Shown piece after piece: positions 62,616 through 64,000 of a DNA stretch of 64,000 nucleotides. The position numbers and the translations under genes were made by a program. This DNA is from an uncultured virus (IMG/VR IMGVR_UViG_3300049255_000202). Its lineage: Duplodnaviria > Heunggongvirae > Uroviricota > Caudoviricetes. Where the stretch lies: the IMG/VR virus record IMGVR_UViG_3300049255_000202; one strand, 5' to 3'. The notes under the pieces are model-generated. The model saw nothing but the letters and a program-made list of their open reading frames with translations, made no database searches and had not been told where the DNA came from. How positions within the stretch are numbered: position 1 is the stretch's first letter; the number at the start of each line of letters is the position of its first letter.

Positions 62616-64000
62616 AACGGCTTCTACGGCGCCGCGTGCGTCCCTCCATTGGCGAGGACGTAGACCCCGCTGCCGTGAACGAGCCCCTGGTGTGCCCGCA
62701 TCTACCGGCGAGCACGGAGCCCACGTGCCATCACCGCCTCGAAAGCAGCCATGAGGAAAGGCTGAGCCCGGCCCGTTTCGCGGCCTTGTCCATCAAGGTC
62801 TTCTGGGCCGGTGTGCACCGAAGCCGGATGCTGTCTGTCTTTCCACGCCTTGACGACGCGGACGCTTGTTGCTGTGGCAACAAACGGCCTGCGCTTGACA
62901 CGTACAAGTGTCCCTACATGGCCGCGAAGAAGCCCAAAAGGCAACTTGTTGCTACAAATGTCCTCATGGGCATGGACGACGCACTCCTCAAGGCGACTCG
63001 GGAGCAACGTGCTGCGCTGGCGCTTGCTCGCCATCTCGCCCGAGAGGGTCGAGCTTAAGATCGTGCCCCACGTCTCGAAACGGCTGGCCCTCGCGAGGGA
63101 CACCATCGAGGTAGTCGTGCGCCGCCTATCGGCGTTGATGCCGTCGCCCGAGGTCGAGGAGCTTTGGCGCCGCGTCGAGGACTGCCGCCAGCAGGTTGAT
63201 GGGTGGGCGCACAAGCCCCCGAGCGTCGAGGAGCGTGAAACTGTCATGAAGCGCGTCCTCGGGCTGCACACCGCCGTCGCAAGCTCGAACGCAAGGACGG
63301 CTAGGGTTTGCCGCAGAACTCCTCGACGATGCCCGCAGGAGCCGGTGTGCCCCCATGTGCCAACTTGGCATGGCCCGAGCACACGACCACCGGCAACGTC
63401 GCCAGCCGTTGCGATTCGCCAAGCACGGCCAGGAACTCAGCGCCGGACATCTCGGCAAACGAGCCTGTCTCGCGGGGTCACGCCAGGGCGAGACTGCACG
63501 AGCGATTCGGTCCAGTGGGCCACGGGCTCGGAGCAATCGGGGTAGAAACAACGCTCACCCGTCGTCATCGAGCGTGTCCGCGAGTTTGAGGGCCTTGTGG
63601 ACCGGGTGCATGCAAGGGGGCGGAGGAGGCTTTCTCCGGCACTCGCGAAGGACGTCGTAGGTGACGGCCCGCCCCACGTGAACGTTGTCGATGCGCTTGG
63701 CAATCTCGTTGAGGGCATAGTCCATCCCCGGCGACTCCAGCGAAAGGACCGCGAGGGCCAGTAGAACGAGCTGCCGGTCCGATTCGTCGAGGTCGAGATC
63801 GTGCTCGCTCACGTGGGGCGCCCACCGGAGGCCCGCTCGCACGGAACGTACATCCCGTGCTTCAACGCCCCCTCTAGCTCGCGCGACCCCTGCTCGAACT
63901 CCCGAAGCTCGAAGAAGGACGGCATCCCGCCGCAGAGCTTGCACTCGGGACGGCCAAGGCCCTCACGCTCACGAGGGAGCGTCTTGGCGTAGGTCTGACG

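Overview
This is a GC-rich, gene-dense window of short, mostly hypothetical ORFs in frequently switching orientations. It most resembles the accessory region of a very large (jumbo-type) phage or virus-like element. A Myxococcota-like host is a weak inference from a KGG stress-repeat protein and Cys-rich lipoproteins. No clear capsid, terminase or tail core module, rRNA, tRNA or CRISPR array is visible. Recognisable genes include a zincin-type metallopeptidase, an orphan type I HsdM plus half-size HsdS, three HNH nucleases, a vWA / adenylosuccinate synthetase / pseudokinase cluster, CYTH and 2H phosphoesterases, an AAA ATPase, Hsp20, a DNA methyltransferase with an in-frame LAGLIDADG insert, an RNA-ligase fragment, scrambled type III RM fragments and IS607/TnpB remnants. 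Two window-wide signals are not explained by these features. (1) A short peptide motif, roughly [TSN]-x-W-[EDQ]-[RKH]-[LIVM], occurs about 16 times in about 15 otherwise unrelated proteins. It is mostly C-terminal and encoded by variable codons, so it is a candidate protein addressing/docking tag. (2) A DNA motif YGGTGTA occurs more than 30 times, typically exactly 10 nt before a start codon, so it is a candidate phage-specific promoter for leaderless mRNAs. Many genes are broken by indels, micro-duplications, inversions and abrupt junctions, so part of the fragmentation may be assembly or amplification artefact. All calls are from visual reading and no searches were run.
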